A stretch of 61,033 bases of DNA, the filler included, from Basidioascus undulatus (lineage: Eukaryota): the NCBI GenBank assembly GCA_000826855.1. It is 8 parts of 8 records of this genome, joined end to end, with 100 filler letters (N's around TTAATTAATTAA, not from the genome) between each part and the next. Parts side by side here need not be neighbours in the genome. Positions count along the whole stretch, not along the records: positions 5,050 to 30,859 come from JTLS01000204.1; positions 30,960 to 35,901 come from JTLS01002040.1; positions 36,002 to 40,936 come from JTLS01002041.1; 5 more parts are not named here. The stretch is one strand, 5' to 3'. The position numbers and the translations under genes are program-made. This document shows, piece after piece, positions 25,501-39,904 of this stretch (position 1 is its first letter; every line of letters begins with the position of its first letter). The notes below the pieces were generated by a model. That model searched no databases and had not been told where the DNA came from. It worked only from the letters and a program-made list of their open reading frames with translations.

Positions 25501-25900
25501 CGTCCTCTCAAGCCGCCGACCGACTGAATCGAACGGGCCTCGCATCGTGCAGGCTTCCCGAGCAGACCTGATAAACCTCTCGTCCTCTCCTCCGCCCCGC
25601 GCGTCCCCCTCGCAGGACCTCTGGTCCGCGCTCCCCACGCAGAAGCGCGGCTGGAGCGAGCTGGCCGTGCCCGACGCGATGCGCGCGCTCGTCATCCTGG
25701 GGCTGGAGGAGCTCGCGGAAGTCACGGCGGGCGGCATGCTCTTGCAGGACAGTGCCGGGACGGTCGCGGTGCGGCTGAAGGATCGGCGCACTGAGAGCAG
25801 CGAGGGGGAGGGGGGCACGCTGTGGGTGCTTAGGAGCGTGCAGGGCGAGGTGGGCCAGGGGTGGGTTAGGACGGTGAGGGACGCGCTGGAGGGGGCTTGA
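22531..25900 (+). CDS. Adaptin large subunit, AP-4 epsilon-like (Adaptin_N)
   Basis: Spliced Adaptin_N motifs: HAVKLAE..ERRIGYLFVSLYLPPEHELALMLVNTIRKDL, PDIRRKTL, YHGQPTPWLQCKVLRLL, SHNANKRYLALRCL, DQTVRVETLRLL and LRYDAYD. HAVKLA and LxYxAY resemble epsilon rather than gamma/alpha adaptins (from memory). Confidence 0.8.
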
Positions 25901-26635
25901 TTTATGGACTGCTGTTGACATTGTTCACTCATTATTGTCGAACTCAATGGATGGTCTGTTTGGGTCTGTTGTTTGCCAGTCCAGCGACACCACATCACCT
26001 TCTACAGGCGCTGTGGCCCGTGCGTCGACGATGGTTCCGGTTTCTGAGCGTAAATTCGGAGAAGCACACGAGGAGAATAATGGTGCCCGACCGACAAGAG
26101 CAACTTCGTCTGCTAGCTGTCGTCCCTTTTAGAAACACCCGGCGCCTCCAATGACAACTTGAACGACATTCTGAAGCGTCTCCACCGCAGGTAAACAATA
26201 CGAGAAAATCACGGTACTGCTATTAATCTAGTTTCACCAAGCTGACCAGGACTGCCTGTATGCTGCGTTTGGCTGAACGTCGAGCCTGCCAACGCCTTCC
26301 AAAAATCGTTGAAAGCCCTCAATGATCATTGCGCGCCAATACTGCGAGCAGCAAAAATCCTCAGCCTTGCAGAAATCCATGCGTTTCATAGCCCTAGAAC
26401 GGGCCCACAAAGGGAAACTTGGGCGGATGTCCGCAACATTGCCCGATACCGAGATTGCACGACCGTATTTGCGATGCTTAATATGCAAGAATACATGCGC
26501 GGGGTAAAAGAAAGGGAAAAAGTGTAAAGCACAGTGTGAAAGACCAAAGAACCAAAGCGCGATAACAAACCCGGGTTGCCCAGACCCCACCAACCCCCCC
26601 CGTCCGCGTCCGCGTCGTCGTCGCACCGTCGCACA

Positions 26636-28483
<1,848 letters not shown>

Positions 28484-28789
28484 CCTGGGCAGTGTAAAAC
28501 TGATAAAATCCGGGAGAGTGTTAAAGGAAAGAGAGGGTAAGGAGGACGACGAGAACGACGGTGAGCAGGAAGGAGGAATAGTTCGAGCCAGAGCCAGCCA
28601 GCCTCGCAATATTCTGCATTTCGGCGCAAATTGCCACTGATTATGTCAGCATCGGCCCTTGGCCATCCGCGGCGTCACTGCGGAGCCCTCCCCGCGCGCC
28701 GCCGAGACTTGGCTGTGCACGCTGTACAGACCTCTTACCCTCAACACACACTCATCCTCCTCTCTATACTATTCATACACACAGCCAAC

Positions 28790-30262
28790 ATGTCCTGGAG
28801 CGGCTTTAAGAAGTCTGGTGCGTATTCAACTTTGACCCATCTGCCTGCCGAGTCGCACTGACCCCTGGCGATCGCAGTGAATCGGGCGTGAGTGGTTGGA
28901 GCTGGTTCGACGGGTGGGAGACGTGTTGACGGAGGAGTGGGCACGGTGAAGGGGGACCACGGTTATGCAGAAAGTGCGCCGTTCCCATCAAGCAGGTCGC
29001 GGAGTCGGCGAACAGGTGCTGATATCGAGCGCTGCTTGAACAGGTCGGGCAGGTGGAACGGACGAACGATGCCGAGTTCCAGGAGCTCGAGTCGCGGTTC
29101 AAGGTGTAAGTCTCCTAGGGGGATGCATTTCCGGGGGGGGGAGCTTTGCTCACGACCACCTCGGGACTAGATTTGAGAAGGAGGCGACCGCGCTGCAGAA
29201 GGAGAGTAAGGGCTACCTGGACTCCATGCGCGGTACGTGTTCCCTCACCGCGCAATCGAAATTGTCCGCGGCGACTGCTGACAGTCCTCCTTTTCCCTGC
29301 AGCGATGACCGCGTCCCAAGCGCGCATCGCCGAGACCATCGACGCGTTCTACACGGACGCATCAGAGGCGGCGATGGCGAGCCACGCGTACCGCCGAGCA
29401 GTGGAGGAGCTCGACAACAAGACAGGCCGGGAGCTGGTGAGTTGTTTCTTTTTGCGTGCTTGTACCGGCTGGGATGGTGTCTGAACAAGGATGAGCTTGG
29501 CTTGTGGCAGGACGCTCCTTACCGGGCGACGGTCCTCGAGCCTATCGGGAAGCTCGTATCGTACATGCCGGCGACGAACCAGGCGATATCGAAGCGGCAC
29601 AAGAAGGTGCGTCTACCATATCCTATTCCAACTCTCACAATATGCGCCGACGCCGTCCCGTACCACCAGCTTCTCGACTATGACTCTGCGCGCGCAAAAG
29701 TGCGCAAGCTGACCGAGAAGCCCTCCAACGACCCCTCCGCTCTGCCTCGGGTTCGTGCTCTCTGCTCCTCACTCATCCTTCCCGGAGGTTTCCGCAGTTA
29801 CCAAACGCGTCGGACGCACCACAGGCTCAGCAAGAGAACGACCTGACGGAGGAGGCGTACACGGGCATCAACGAGGAGCTCAAGGAGGTCCTCCCGCAGC
29901 TGCTCGACCAGCGCATCCCCTACCTCGACCCCTCGTTCGAGGCGATGATCCGCCTCCAGTCTCACTTCGCGCAGGAGGGGTACGAGAAGCTCGGCGGCGT
30001 GCAGAGGTCCGTCGGCGGCCGGGAGAGGGGGGAGGGGATGCCGAGACTGACTGAGGGTGCGGCCCGGGCGGATGCAGGTACTTCTCGGAGAACGTGCGGG
30101 ACGACTACGCGAATGGGCAGCTGGACGCGCAGGTGCGTCCGGGTCGGCTTCCGCTCGTGTGTTGGGTGCTGCGGCACGTCGGATCCTGATGCGGCTGCGG
30201 GCGGGCAGGTCGAGGCCGTCTTGCAGGAGATTAAGGACTTGACGATTGTTGGACTGTCCTGA
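28790..30262 (+). CDS. RVS161: N-BAR amphiphysin-like protein Rvs161/Hob3
   Basis: MSWSGFKKSVNRAGTTVMQK, GYLDSMRAMTASQARIAETIDAFY, KRHKKLLDYD, RIPYLDPSFEAMIRLQ, YANGQLDAQVEAVLQEIKDLTI; BAR domain only, no SH3. Confidence 0.96.
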
Positions 30263-30859
30263 GCGAAGGACGGAGGACTTTGACATATATCTGCTTGCTT
30301 ATTCAGTATCAAGTTTGCGCTGTTTGGCTAATGATAATTCGAGAGCTTGGAATACTACAGAGCATGTAGTTCAACTAGTACTGTTATGATTATCCGTCGG
30401 GTTCAGAAAGAAAGCAGGCTGACTTGCCTAGGTAGTTACATACCAAGACATGGCATGTTTGTGAGACGATATCTTATGTGAAAATATAATGTGTTGACCC
30501 TATGTAGCTGCTAAACAGCATTCATGCTGATCAATGGTTTTGACAGCATCAGCTTCAGCATGTTATCTTCTCATCTTTACTGGGTCACGGACTTGCACAG
30601 ACGATTGCCTAGAGGCCAGGATGCACTCATTTTCTCATTATGCCCTCACAAATCTCAGACTTGTTGCAACACAATCATACTGGTGAGATGGTCACAGGAT
30701 TGGGTTTCTCTTCTTATTGAAGGTCAAAACTTCCTACTTCAGCATCCCGAAAACACCCCGTCTAGGCTATGCTCTGTCAAGAATTCGACTGGGCGGGGCA
30801 GACCACAGCGGGGGCTACCAGCTGACGGGGCTTTATGGTGGCAGGGATAGATTATGCGG

Positions 30860-30959
30860 NNNNNNNNNNNNNNNNNNNNNNNNNNNNNNNNNNNNNNNNN
30901 NNNTTAATTAATTAANNNNNNNNNNNNNNNNNNNNNNNNNNNNNNNNNNNNNNNNNNNN
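30860..30959. other. Artificial contig linker
   Basis: Same 100-nt N/TTAATTAATTAA spacer. Confidence 0.98.
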
Positions 30960-32639
30960 AAGGACCTCGTTCAAGTTGTCAAACTTGAAAGAACAGATAC
31001 TACACTTGATCTAAGCCAAAAGGCCAGAGAGGATGGGGAATAGGGCAAGACATCGCGGCGCAAAGTCATTCAGATCGGTGCGCACTGAGCAGGCACGAGA
31101 GGATCCAAAGGCCTCGCTGAGCTCAACAGCGCGTCAGTTTGCCTGCGCTGTGTGGTGTGATAACAACGCTGTTGCAGTTCTATAACCGCTGGGTAGGATA
31201 TACACTCACGTCCGCTGTCCTGGAACACGCTGTATTCTCGGGACCCAATGCCGGAGGTGAGACGGAAGTCGAGACGCATGCGCTACCTCCTGAGGTCGAA
31301 GGCGTGCCATCATCTGAAGCAGCAAGTACTGGTCCGTTATAAAGAGTCCTCTGACTACAGAGTTCAATACTTGTCAGCGCTCGAAGAATTCTTGGACGAG
31401 CTGCAAAACGAATTAATGTGTTCACGAACTCGACGCACGCTGCGTGCTTCCCAAGTCACTCGATTCTCACAACCCCTTGATTGACTGTATTCTGCGCTTT
31501 CAAGATAGTCTAACTACACATTAACGCCGCACTCATTTTCATCGATGAGGGCTGCCCGTAGTACATGGAAGATGACAACCACGATTATACTTCTGCAGAT
31601 GATTCGACAAGCAGTTTGGTCTGAGAGTAGGTCCATTTGACACTTAACCAATCCACACACTCTTCTAATTCTTGGGTAAGAAAAAAAATGTGGCGAGACA
31701 GCGAGGGATTTGGGGGATGGCTGCTCAGATGGTGCCGCGATGGACAAGCCTTTCAGCGTTGAAAGGATTTCAGGCTCCAGTGGCATGGGAAGGCTTGCAC
31801 CACCTCTACATGATCCGGTATGTGGACTAGGTCCCGAAAATATGTAGTAAGATTCATTCTGGCAGACACCTCTGGCTCGAACCAACTCGAATTGAGAGAG
31901 ACGCTGCCCCGAGGTCCAAGATCAGACGGATCCTCGAAATAGTTACACTTCTTCACCTTCAGCTCACCAAGTGAAGCATATTCCAAGGTCATTAGGTTGT
32001 ACAAAGATTCTTGGACACGCTGTACACTGCTGCACTTCCGGTCACTGAGTCCTTTCGTGGACAAGTCCCTCCTGATGTTGAAGACTGAGTGACGAAAATA
32101 TCTGCTGGTCCATTCTTTCCGCATGAGAGCATGAGAGACGGTGATGTTTGCGGTGCCGTATCGAGAATCGGAAATGACAGAACGAGGAGAGAGGAACAAG
32201 GAAGAACTGGAAGGATGGGCCTTGTGTCGTCTGCCAGGTAATGTCGTTGAACTAGTCATAAGGACTGTTCCGCTTGAAATCCTGTATCAAAAGCCAGATT
32301 GAAGATGCACTATCACAAGGCCTAGTTATTGCAAGATGTTTTCTTACGTATCCCCATGTGAGTCTGTTAGTGAGCCGTGAGGTTCTGCGGAAACGTCAGC
32401 AGCGCGTTTCCTCAAGAAGCTTGCATCCATCAAAGCTGTTCCCAAGCGCCTTTATATCAGATTTATAGTCACGAAGATAATGCAACAATTTACGGGATCC
32501 GACCGCTCTCCGAGCAGACGCTTCCTTTCAAAATACTCTGTATCGCCGTGGCGCTCTCGCTTAGTACTCTAGCAATCGTCGCCGGAAAACCTGCCTTCCC
32601 GTCCCCAGAGATATATCCCTTGCTCGTGCGCAATGCTAC

Positions 32640-32925
32640 AGCTGCCTGTGTGACTTGCGCCCATAACACTCCACAAATGTAGCTCCCAGACAACCGGTCA
32701 ATAAGACTTCATCAGTCTGAAAACTTCAAAGCATTGGTACTCGAAGATGTCCAGCTCTGAGGGGGATGTCGCACGACAGTGCGCTGCAATGCGGCAAGGC
32801 AGACTTTTGGAAGTCACCCGGCTCCTTCTTTCACGTAAATCTTTCCTCCGCTCTGCCTTCCACTACTGCATACTGTAGCAAATGTCCAATCTTGGCGCGT
32901 CTTGACACAAAAACTATGCGCGGAC
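32640..32925 (+). pseudogene. Possible highly degraded MYND zinc-finger remnant
   Basis: ACVTC..., LQCGK... and AYCSKC... occur in the expected order but are broken by stops and frame changes. Confidence 0.25.
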
Positions 32926-33143
32926 ACGCAGCAATCTCTGATGCCGGCCGAAAGCTGGATGACTCGAACTTTGGCCGGCTGTTTCGCCGCAGTTCACCTT
33001 TACGATGTTGTTGGGAGATGAGAAGAATTGATACGAGCCGAAATCGATCAAGAAGGAAAGGCAGCACTCCCGGGCCGAGCGCACCAGATTGAGTGGGTGA
33101 GCATGAATCAAAAGTTCGACCTGTTCCGGCGGTACATGTATCG

Positions 33144-34292
33144 CTATCCCACAACAATATTACATAAAGTTCCACTCAGAGCTTCGCAAGTTCCGAACCC
33201 CAACCTCGGCGCCCACACCCAAATCACCTTCCCCTCCTCTCCCGGCACATCCACCTCAATCGCGACCCCTCTCACTGTCGAGCGCGGCCAGCCTGCCCCC
33301 CTGCGGGTCCCGGCCGGTGTCCGTCGTCACTTTCACCTTATCTCTGCCCTTAACCCGACCCGCCGTGACGAGCGGCTCGTTCGCGTCAACCGCGTCGCCC
33401 CCAGCGCAGGCAGCTGCGCCCCGAAAATCGTCGCGCGGACTCGGTCGTCGGACAGCTGCCGGGGCTGCGGGGCAGCTGCGCGGGCGGACTCGAGGTGCTT
33501 AAATGTGTCGTGGAGGTACTTCTCGAGGCGGGGGAACGCGGTGAGGGTGGATGAGACGGATGTGAAGGGCAAGGAAGGGATGAGGTGCGAGGGAAGGAGC
33601 GAGAAGTGGTCGACGAGAGAGAGGTCGACCGTGGGGGGGGGGTGCGCAGTGGACATGAAGAATGGCGTTCTCGGGGTCCTTCGCGACAGCTGGGTTTTGA
33701 GGAGAGCCTCTGTTGTACCAATGTGGTTCAGCAGTCTTCAAAATGTCGAGAAAGTGAGTGAGAAGACTACGCACCACTCTCCGTTTCCGGCCTAGCGCGC
33801 TCGAAAGCTTCAGGGTCGAACGGATTTTCCAGTCATATTTGCGCGGTCGTCGCAGCACTCCTTCGTAAGAGCCTGCTTGGGCGCCATGCCCACGAGCGTC
33901 CAGAAGACCTCGCCGTTCACCCGCGGCGCCTCGGCCTCGCCGCCTGCGATAGGCGGCTCGGGGAAGCGCCTGTCGGGCTCTGCAAGGATGAGGGCCGTGT
34001 CAATGAAGACTTCGGAGCCGATCGAGAGCAGCGGGACGCGGCGGTAGGTGATGCCTAGGGAGTCGATGAGCCTCCTGGGGGGATCGGGCCGATGTCGACC
34101 GTCGAGTGAGGGACGTTTCTGCGCGTTGGAGCAGGGCCAGGAGCGACGTGAGCTACGGACTGAGGGAATTGATGAAAATGGGCTAGATGGAGATGAGTAC
34201 GGACTGAGAGCGAGGGCGAGCCTGACGCGGTCCGAGAAGGGCAAGCCGGGATACTGGAAGAGGACGATGGGGGGCTGGGCGGAGGTCGACAT
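33144..34292 (-). pseudogene. Fungal glutathione S-transferase (GST_N_3 type), frameshifted
   Basis: PIVLFQYPGLPFSDRVRLAL, VDIGPIPP / LGITYRRVPLLSIGSEVFIDTALIL, FPRLEKY, TDTGRDPQGGRL and VWAPRLGF. Frameshifts at about 34080 (G run), 33830 and 33650; stop at 33333. Confidence 0.8.
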
Positions 34293-34992
34293 CTTGGCCA
34301 ATCGGTACTGCTGTAGAGTTTGGAAGCCGGTTGAACGTGGGACGGTGGATGGGAAAGAGAAGGAATGGACAGAGAGAGGCAATACTTGTATAATGGAGGT
34401 AAACGGTCAAGTATCTGATCGGCTGCAGTCGTGATCTCACCTCCACCCAACTCAACCTTAGCGGTCTCGATTGGTTTTAGGATATTACGGAACAAGGTCC
34501 GTAAGCCACCAACATCGCGAAAGCAAACCCATGGACTGAGTGATCTGGACCGCTGAGCTCTTCCAAGACTGCAAATGAAGACTTAGTTAGACGTGGTTAC
34601 TAGGGCAGACCCCGCCGCTGCGCGTTCTGATATGCACTAGGTAGGTAAGACAACGCTCAACCACTGCTAGGGCACAGGGAAAGAGAATCCAATGTGCCAA
34701 TGTGGATGTAGTCTGCCAGCCCAGCGAGATCGCCTCAATCCAGCGTTCACTGAATATACTGCTCCGCGCCGAACAGCGCTTCTGGTCATTGCACAAGTCG
34801 GATGCGGACCAAGTACGAGCCAGCCCCAACCAGATCAAAGGTGTGCGGTTCAGCATCGCGGCACGAATGACAGCTATCCCCGAAAGCGCGCGACTCCCAA
34901 CAACTCGTGTCGTCCTCAAGCAATGTCTCTCTATCCTTCCTCCACAGCCCAACCAACCAACCGCACCAAACCTCACACCCGACCCCAATCGC

Positions 34993-35901
34993 CTACCGCG
35001 GCCCAGCAGCCTCCAGATCCCCCCTGAGCGCGCGCACCTCCTCATCGGCGGCCTCCGCGTCCGCCTTCCCCGCGCCCGCGACGGCGTCGCGCCGCGTTGC
35101 AGAGCGGCAGATGATTGCTTGGGCGAGAATGACTGGTCGCCACCGGGGGGTCATTGGTTAGAGCTGGGATTGGTTGGGAGGAAGAGAGATTTGGGAAGGG
35201 AGAGGGATAGGCGAGAGGGAAGAGGTAGGAGGGAGGAAGGGAGGGGAGAAGGGAAAGGGAGACGGGGGGGAGGGAGGGAAGACGCACCAAAGTCGATGGA
35301 GAGCTGGAAGATGGAGCAGACTTTGAACTGGAGGGGCGATTGCTGGAGGAAGAAGTAGACGGTCCTGCGCAAGCATCGACATCAGCGACATTGGACAAAT
35401 GTATCTTATGGGAGGAAGAGATGAGGACGGACTTGAACTGTGGGGAGAAGATAGAAGTCAGTAAGTTCATTGTTGAGGAAGTTCACAGAACGCAACGTAC
35501 GCTGTCACCCCCCAGCCAGCCGGCGAGGACGGAGTACCGGAAGCCCGCGAGGGACTTGCGCTGGTAGTTGCTGTGCACCCGCGTCCCCCCCCCTCCCCCC
35601 CAGGTCAATCAATCGACTCAGACAAAAACAGGGAGCGAAAATAGCATGGGCGAGGTAGGGTGAGGGTAAATGCAACGCAACGCACCTGATCAGCTGCGGG
35701 ATGGGGAGCGTGCTCTCGAGGCCGAGGGCAATGTAACCGAGCTGCCGGGCGGGTCATCAGCACGCCTGGCTTTGTAAGAAGAAACAGAGGGAGAAGGAGC
35801 GAATAAGGCACTCACCAGTGCCACGAACCACCCATAACTACCCAAGACGACCCACAGCCCCAGCAGCACCGCCGTCCACGCGCCAAGGAAAGCAAGGTAG
35901 T
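34993..35901 (-). CDS. PQ-loop membrane protein (Any1/PQLC1-like), 5' end truncated by gap
   Basis: Spliced LGYIALGLESTLPIPQLISNYQRKSLAGFRYSVLAGWLGGDSFKTVYFFLQQSPLQFKVCSIFQLSID; includes a 5-nt exon at 35433-35437. Confidence 0.92.
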
Positions 35902-36001
35902 NNNNNNNNNNNNNNNNNNNNNNNNNNNNNNNNNNNNNNNNNNNNTTAATTAATTAANNNNNNNNNNNNNNNNNNNNNNNNNNNNNNNNNNNNNNNNNNN
36001 N
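35902..36001. other. Artificial contig linker
   Basis: Same 100-nt spacer. Confidence 0.98.
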
Positions 36002-37731
36002 GGGAGGAGGGAGAGGGGCGCACAAGACATCGCGTGCTTGATCATTTGTAGTTGGAAGGCCGCGAGCGAGGCGAGGCGCGTGGAGAGCGTTTCGGGGTCG
36101 TCGGTTTCTGTGTGTGCCAATGAACCTCGTCAAAAGACGGCGATAAGTGGATAGGGGAAGAAAGCGGGCGCGGCGTACCTTGTTCGACGAGGAAGTCTAG
36201 GCGGTTGACGATGCCCGAGCCGGAGCAGCTGGGGTCGAGGAGCCTGTTTCCCCGTCCAACGCAGTCAGATTACATCAATGAGCGAACGAGGCGGAAGGAG
36301 AACGCACAGGTGCGTCACGCCCTCCATCTCCTCCTTTGTCACCTCCAAGAAGTCCCCGTTCCGCGCGCGCACGTTCGTGCACCTCGCCTTGGACAGCATG
36401 GCTCGGAGCGTCTCGAAGCGGCGGTGGGAGCGCTCGAAGGCTATCACCTGCGTGGGGGAGATAGTGAAGGTTGAGCGGAAAGGTTGGGAGGAGAGCAAGC
36501 AATGGAGAGCGTACAGTCCTCTGATTGTCGAGTAGCGCGGAAAGGAAGCTGGTCTTGTTCCCCGGCGCAGCTGTTTGCGTCCCATGGCTCCTTCAGCGCC
36601 TATCCAATACCCGCAAGCTCAGCAGCGACGCACCTGTAGCGTCCACGACCTTCCCGACCTTCTCGGTCGCGCGCCCCTGGAGGAGCACGACGGGCGGCAT
36701 GCAGCTCGCGAGGTCCTGCAGGATGAGCGAGCCGTTCTTGTACAGCTCGGAGGCGATTAGGTGCCCGCTGGCGGAGGGGTGAAACGCGAGGAGGGAGGGG
36801 ATTGGAGGAGCGGGGCGGAAGGACTTGCTGTGGGGCGGGGCGAGAGATGAAAGGTGTTAGAGGGAAGAGGGAGGAAGGGGTTGTGGGAGGGATCGAGGGC
36901 AAGACGAACGGGGTGAAGGACGAGAGGGGCGTGGTGGGCGGAACGAGGACGTAGGACCCTCCGGAGGCGGACTGCAGGATCTCGAGCGCGCGGTCGTAGG
37001 CGATGATGTTGGTGTTGACGCGGACGTAGCGAGGGATCTTGTCTTCGCTCACCACCAGCCGCATCAGCACCCCTTGCCTTCCTCTCCTTCCAGATCCGCT
37101 GAGAACCCGAAAGCGATAAGGGAAACGAACGCACCAGCCCCGATCTTCCCTTCCCTCCCCAGGGCCTCCTTCTCCTTGCTCCCCGCCCTAATCCGCTCGC
37201 GCGCCAGCTCCGCCTTCAACCGCGCCTTGTGCCTGAGCACCGCGTCCTTGAGCGGGCCCGCCCCCGCAGCGATCGCCTGAGACTTGGAGAGGAGGAGATC
37301 GTGCACCAGGACGAGCGCGATGGACTCGGGCGTCGGCTGGCGCGCGGCTGCGGCGGAGGTCGGGGGGGCTTTGGATGAGGAGGTGGTGGGAGGGGAACGG
37401 AAGACCTTGCGCTCATGCTTGAGCAGCTGGGTTATGGAGAGTACGCGGCGGAGGACGTCTTGGTCTGAGAGCAGGAGGAGCGGGGCGCTCAGTGTAAAGA
37501 TTCCGGAGGGAGCGGACGTGAGAGAAGACGCACATTTGAGTGTCTCGAGCACGAGTGCGAGGACACGCTTCCGCTCCTTCTCGGGCAGGTACGCATTCGC
37601 AGCCTTGATCGACGTCTTTTTCGCAGCGAGGTCGTCGAGCGTTAGCCTATTGACGAGAGCAAAGGTGAGTGGACGGCAGGTCTGCAGACCTGAGCGGGGA
37701 AGACGCACGCGGCTTTCTTGTAAAAGTCCAT
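36002..37731 (-). CDS. RCM1: 25S rRNA cytosine-C5 methyltransferase (Rcm1/NSUN5), 3' end truncated by gap
   Basis: MDFYKKAA, LVLVHDLLL, AVLRHKARLKAEL, IPRYVRVNT, LILQDLASCMP, VVDATAAPGNKTS and LLDPSCSGSGIVNRLD. Confidence 0.93.
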
Positions 37732-38293
37732 CGGGCCTTATCCCAGAGCGCGGACAACGAGGCCCGATTGATATACGTGAACTGTGAGCGCTTGGGCGCT
37801 GTGAAGGCTGTTGGAGGTGAGCGGGAGTGGGCAATGGATGCAGGAAGACGCAGCGCAGACTTCGCGGGAGGCAGGATGCAATTTCCAGCCGACTGCGCGA
37901 GTTGCTGAGTCAAGCAACAGAGAAGACAACCCGTCTCGCCGACTGGCCTTTGACCCGAGGAACGCAAAGAGTCTTATAACGCAATCCGGTCTGTGATACA
38001 AAGTGCAATGGAGCAGTAGGCAACAAGGTGCTGTTCAGGTTGCGCGCGCAAGAGGCTTCTCGATGACACTGTTCGGTAGTCCTCGCTCAGCAGCTGCTGG
38101 ACAAGATCTACAACCAAATTGAGGAAGAGTATCTCTAGCAGTTGCCGAAATAAGCAGGTACAGAGTTCATGGACGTGTCATACACCAAGGTAGAGAAAGG
38201 TATAAGTGACAAAAAATGCAGGGAAGTGTCACTGACAGAGATCAAGAAAATGTCACGAACAAAATGACCTCGGAGCGACGTTGAGGAAAGGGT

Positions 38294-38426
38294 CAGGACT
38301 GTCCTTGAAAGGAGAACTTTGCCGCCCTGAAAAACTGTGCCTCGCCGAAGGGCTGTCCCTGCCTAAAGGACTGTCCTTAAGTGAAGGACTGTCCTTGGAG
38401 GACCGTCCCTGGCTGGAGGATGGTCC
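38294..38426. repeat. Degenerate 18-bp tandem array with palindromic core AAGGAC-T-GTCCTT
   Basis: Cores start at 38296, 38314, 38332, 38350, 38368 and 38386 (18-bp period), then 38400 and 38418. Confidence 0.75.
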
Positions 38427-39179
38427 TGGAATTTGTGTTGTGCAAGCTGAGCCGGATATAGCATTCCCAAATACCGCACGATGTGATACCAGCATATTCT
38501 TGACATGAACACAACAGAGTTACGTCCCACATTGTTCCGGCTGTCGATCGTTGCCGGCCCTCGAGGCAGGAGGCTGCAGCGCTGCATCGAACTAGGTGGA
38601 CTGCCGTAGCACCTTTACATAAATGCACCTTGCACCGGTCTTACATTAACACTTTGACCAAAATACCAATGGGGAGTCTCACGAAACTTCGAGGACTTGA
38701 CGCCGCGGGTAGGGAAGTCCTCGGGCATTCGAGCCTTCTCCAGGTGGCAACATGCATAGACGTTTTCTATGGGCATGCTGCGAGACTGCGTTTCTTACGC
38801 TTTTCTGGCTCCCTTGCTGCGATCCGGCATGTGCCAACTTCTTTCAAGCCAGGATAACCCGTATACAATTCTCAATTCGAAAAGGACTCCGAGCACGTCA
38901 AGACACTGCTGCTTTGCGAAGGTCACGCCTCCACATGAGTGTCACCCCCTTCACGCCGTGTGCATGCGCGCGTGCAACCTACACCTGAAGATCCGTAGCG
39001 TGCTTCCGGATGAAGAGTGTTAGCCATATAGCCATCGCGTGTAAGAAACTCACCCACTCCCCTTCTTCCCTCGACCGCATCACATCCTCTTCCAAGCGCA
39101 GACATCCATACAGCATGCGGTTCGTCCCATCACATCCGAGCAGGCAAACGATAGCGTACCTGTAGCTGAACTTTTACAG

Positions 39180-39904
39180 TCAAGTCAACCTCCATATCGA
39201 CGCAAACACTACGTCCCTCGCCGATAACTACCTCTCCCGGTCCTCCGAGCTCCCCCCCTCCGAGCAGAAAGCCTTCTCTTCGCGTTTGCTGCTCGTATCG
39301 CCGCGGCCGAGGAGATCAACAGAATGCACAAGCACTTCCCGGCTGTTCAGGACAAGGTCCGCGCGATCAAGTACCATGTTGACTTCAGTGCCGACATACG
39401 TCCTCGCACTTTCTGGACGAACGGCGGCAAGCGGTGGCACGCCGAGTACGAGGTCATGGTCGGCCCGGCCACAAAGTCGCTGCTGTCTCTCGGCATTGAG
39501 TACTACTCGGTGGGGGGACGGTACCTCACCGGTGGGATGGGGGAGGATTGGGTGCGGATCAAGGGGAAGTACGGAGACCTGGCGGCGGAGCTGCGCACGT
39601 TCTCGTACGGCGGGGCAGCAGCTGCTACGAGTAGAACGAAGGCGGCCCGCGCCGTCTGCTTGTGCAGCTCGCGAAGGACATCGGTCTCGTCGCCGTTGGT
39701 ACGATCCCTGACATCGAGCTCAAAGAATGGTACGAGGAGGAGAGCGGGTCGGAAACCGCGACCGAGGGGGGCCCGGAACTCCAGCAGCTCATCCGTGCTT
39801 TCCTCGGCGACTCTTTGGCGGAGCGTGACGCCGAGAGCGACGAGGGACCGCGCATTCTCGATGTGATCATCCGCAGGATCCATGATGATGATGAGGACTA
39901 TTGA
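39180..39904 (+). pseudogene. Hypothetical protein, frameshifted
   Basis: Three coding-like segments in different frames (QVNLHIDANTTSLADNYL.. / AAEEINRMHKHFPAVQDKVRAIKY.. / RRLLVQLAKDIGLV..DDDEDY*), with an internal TAG at about 39632. Confidence 0.5.

Noticed and set aside
38253..38508. Repeat-containing mating pheromone precursor
   Set aside because: There is no CAAX-ended repeat unit and no pheromone receptor or homeodomain gene on the contig.
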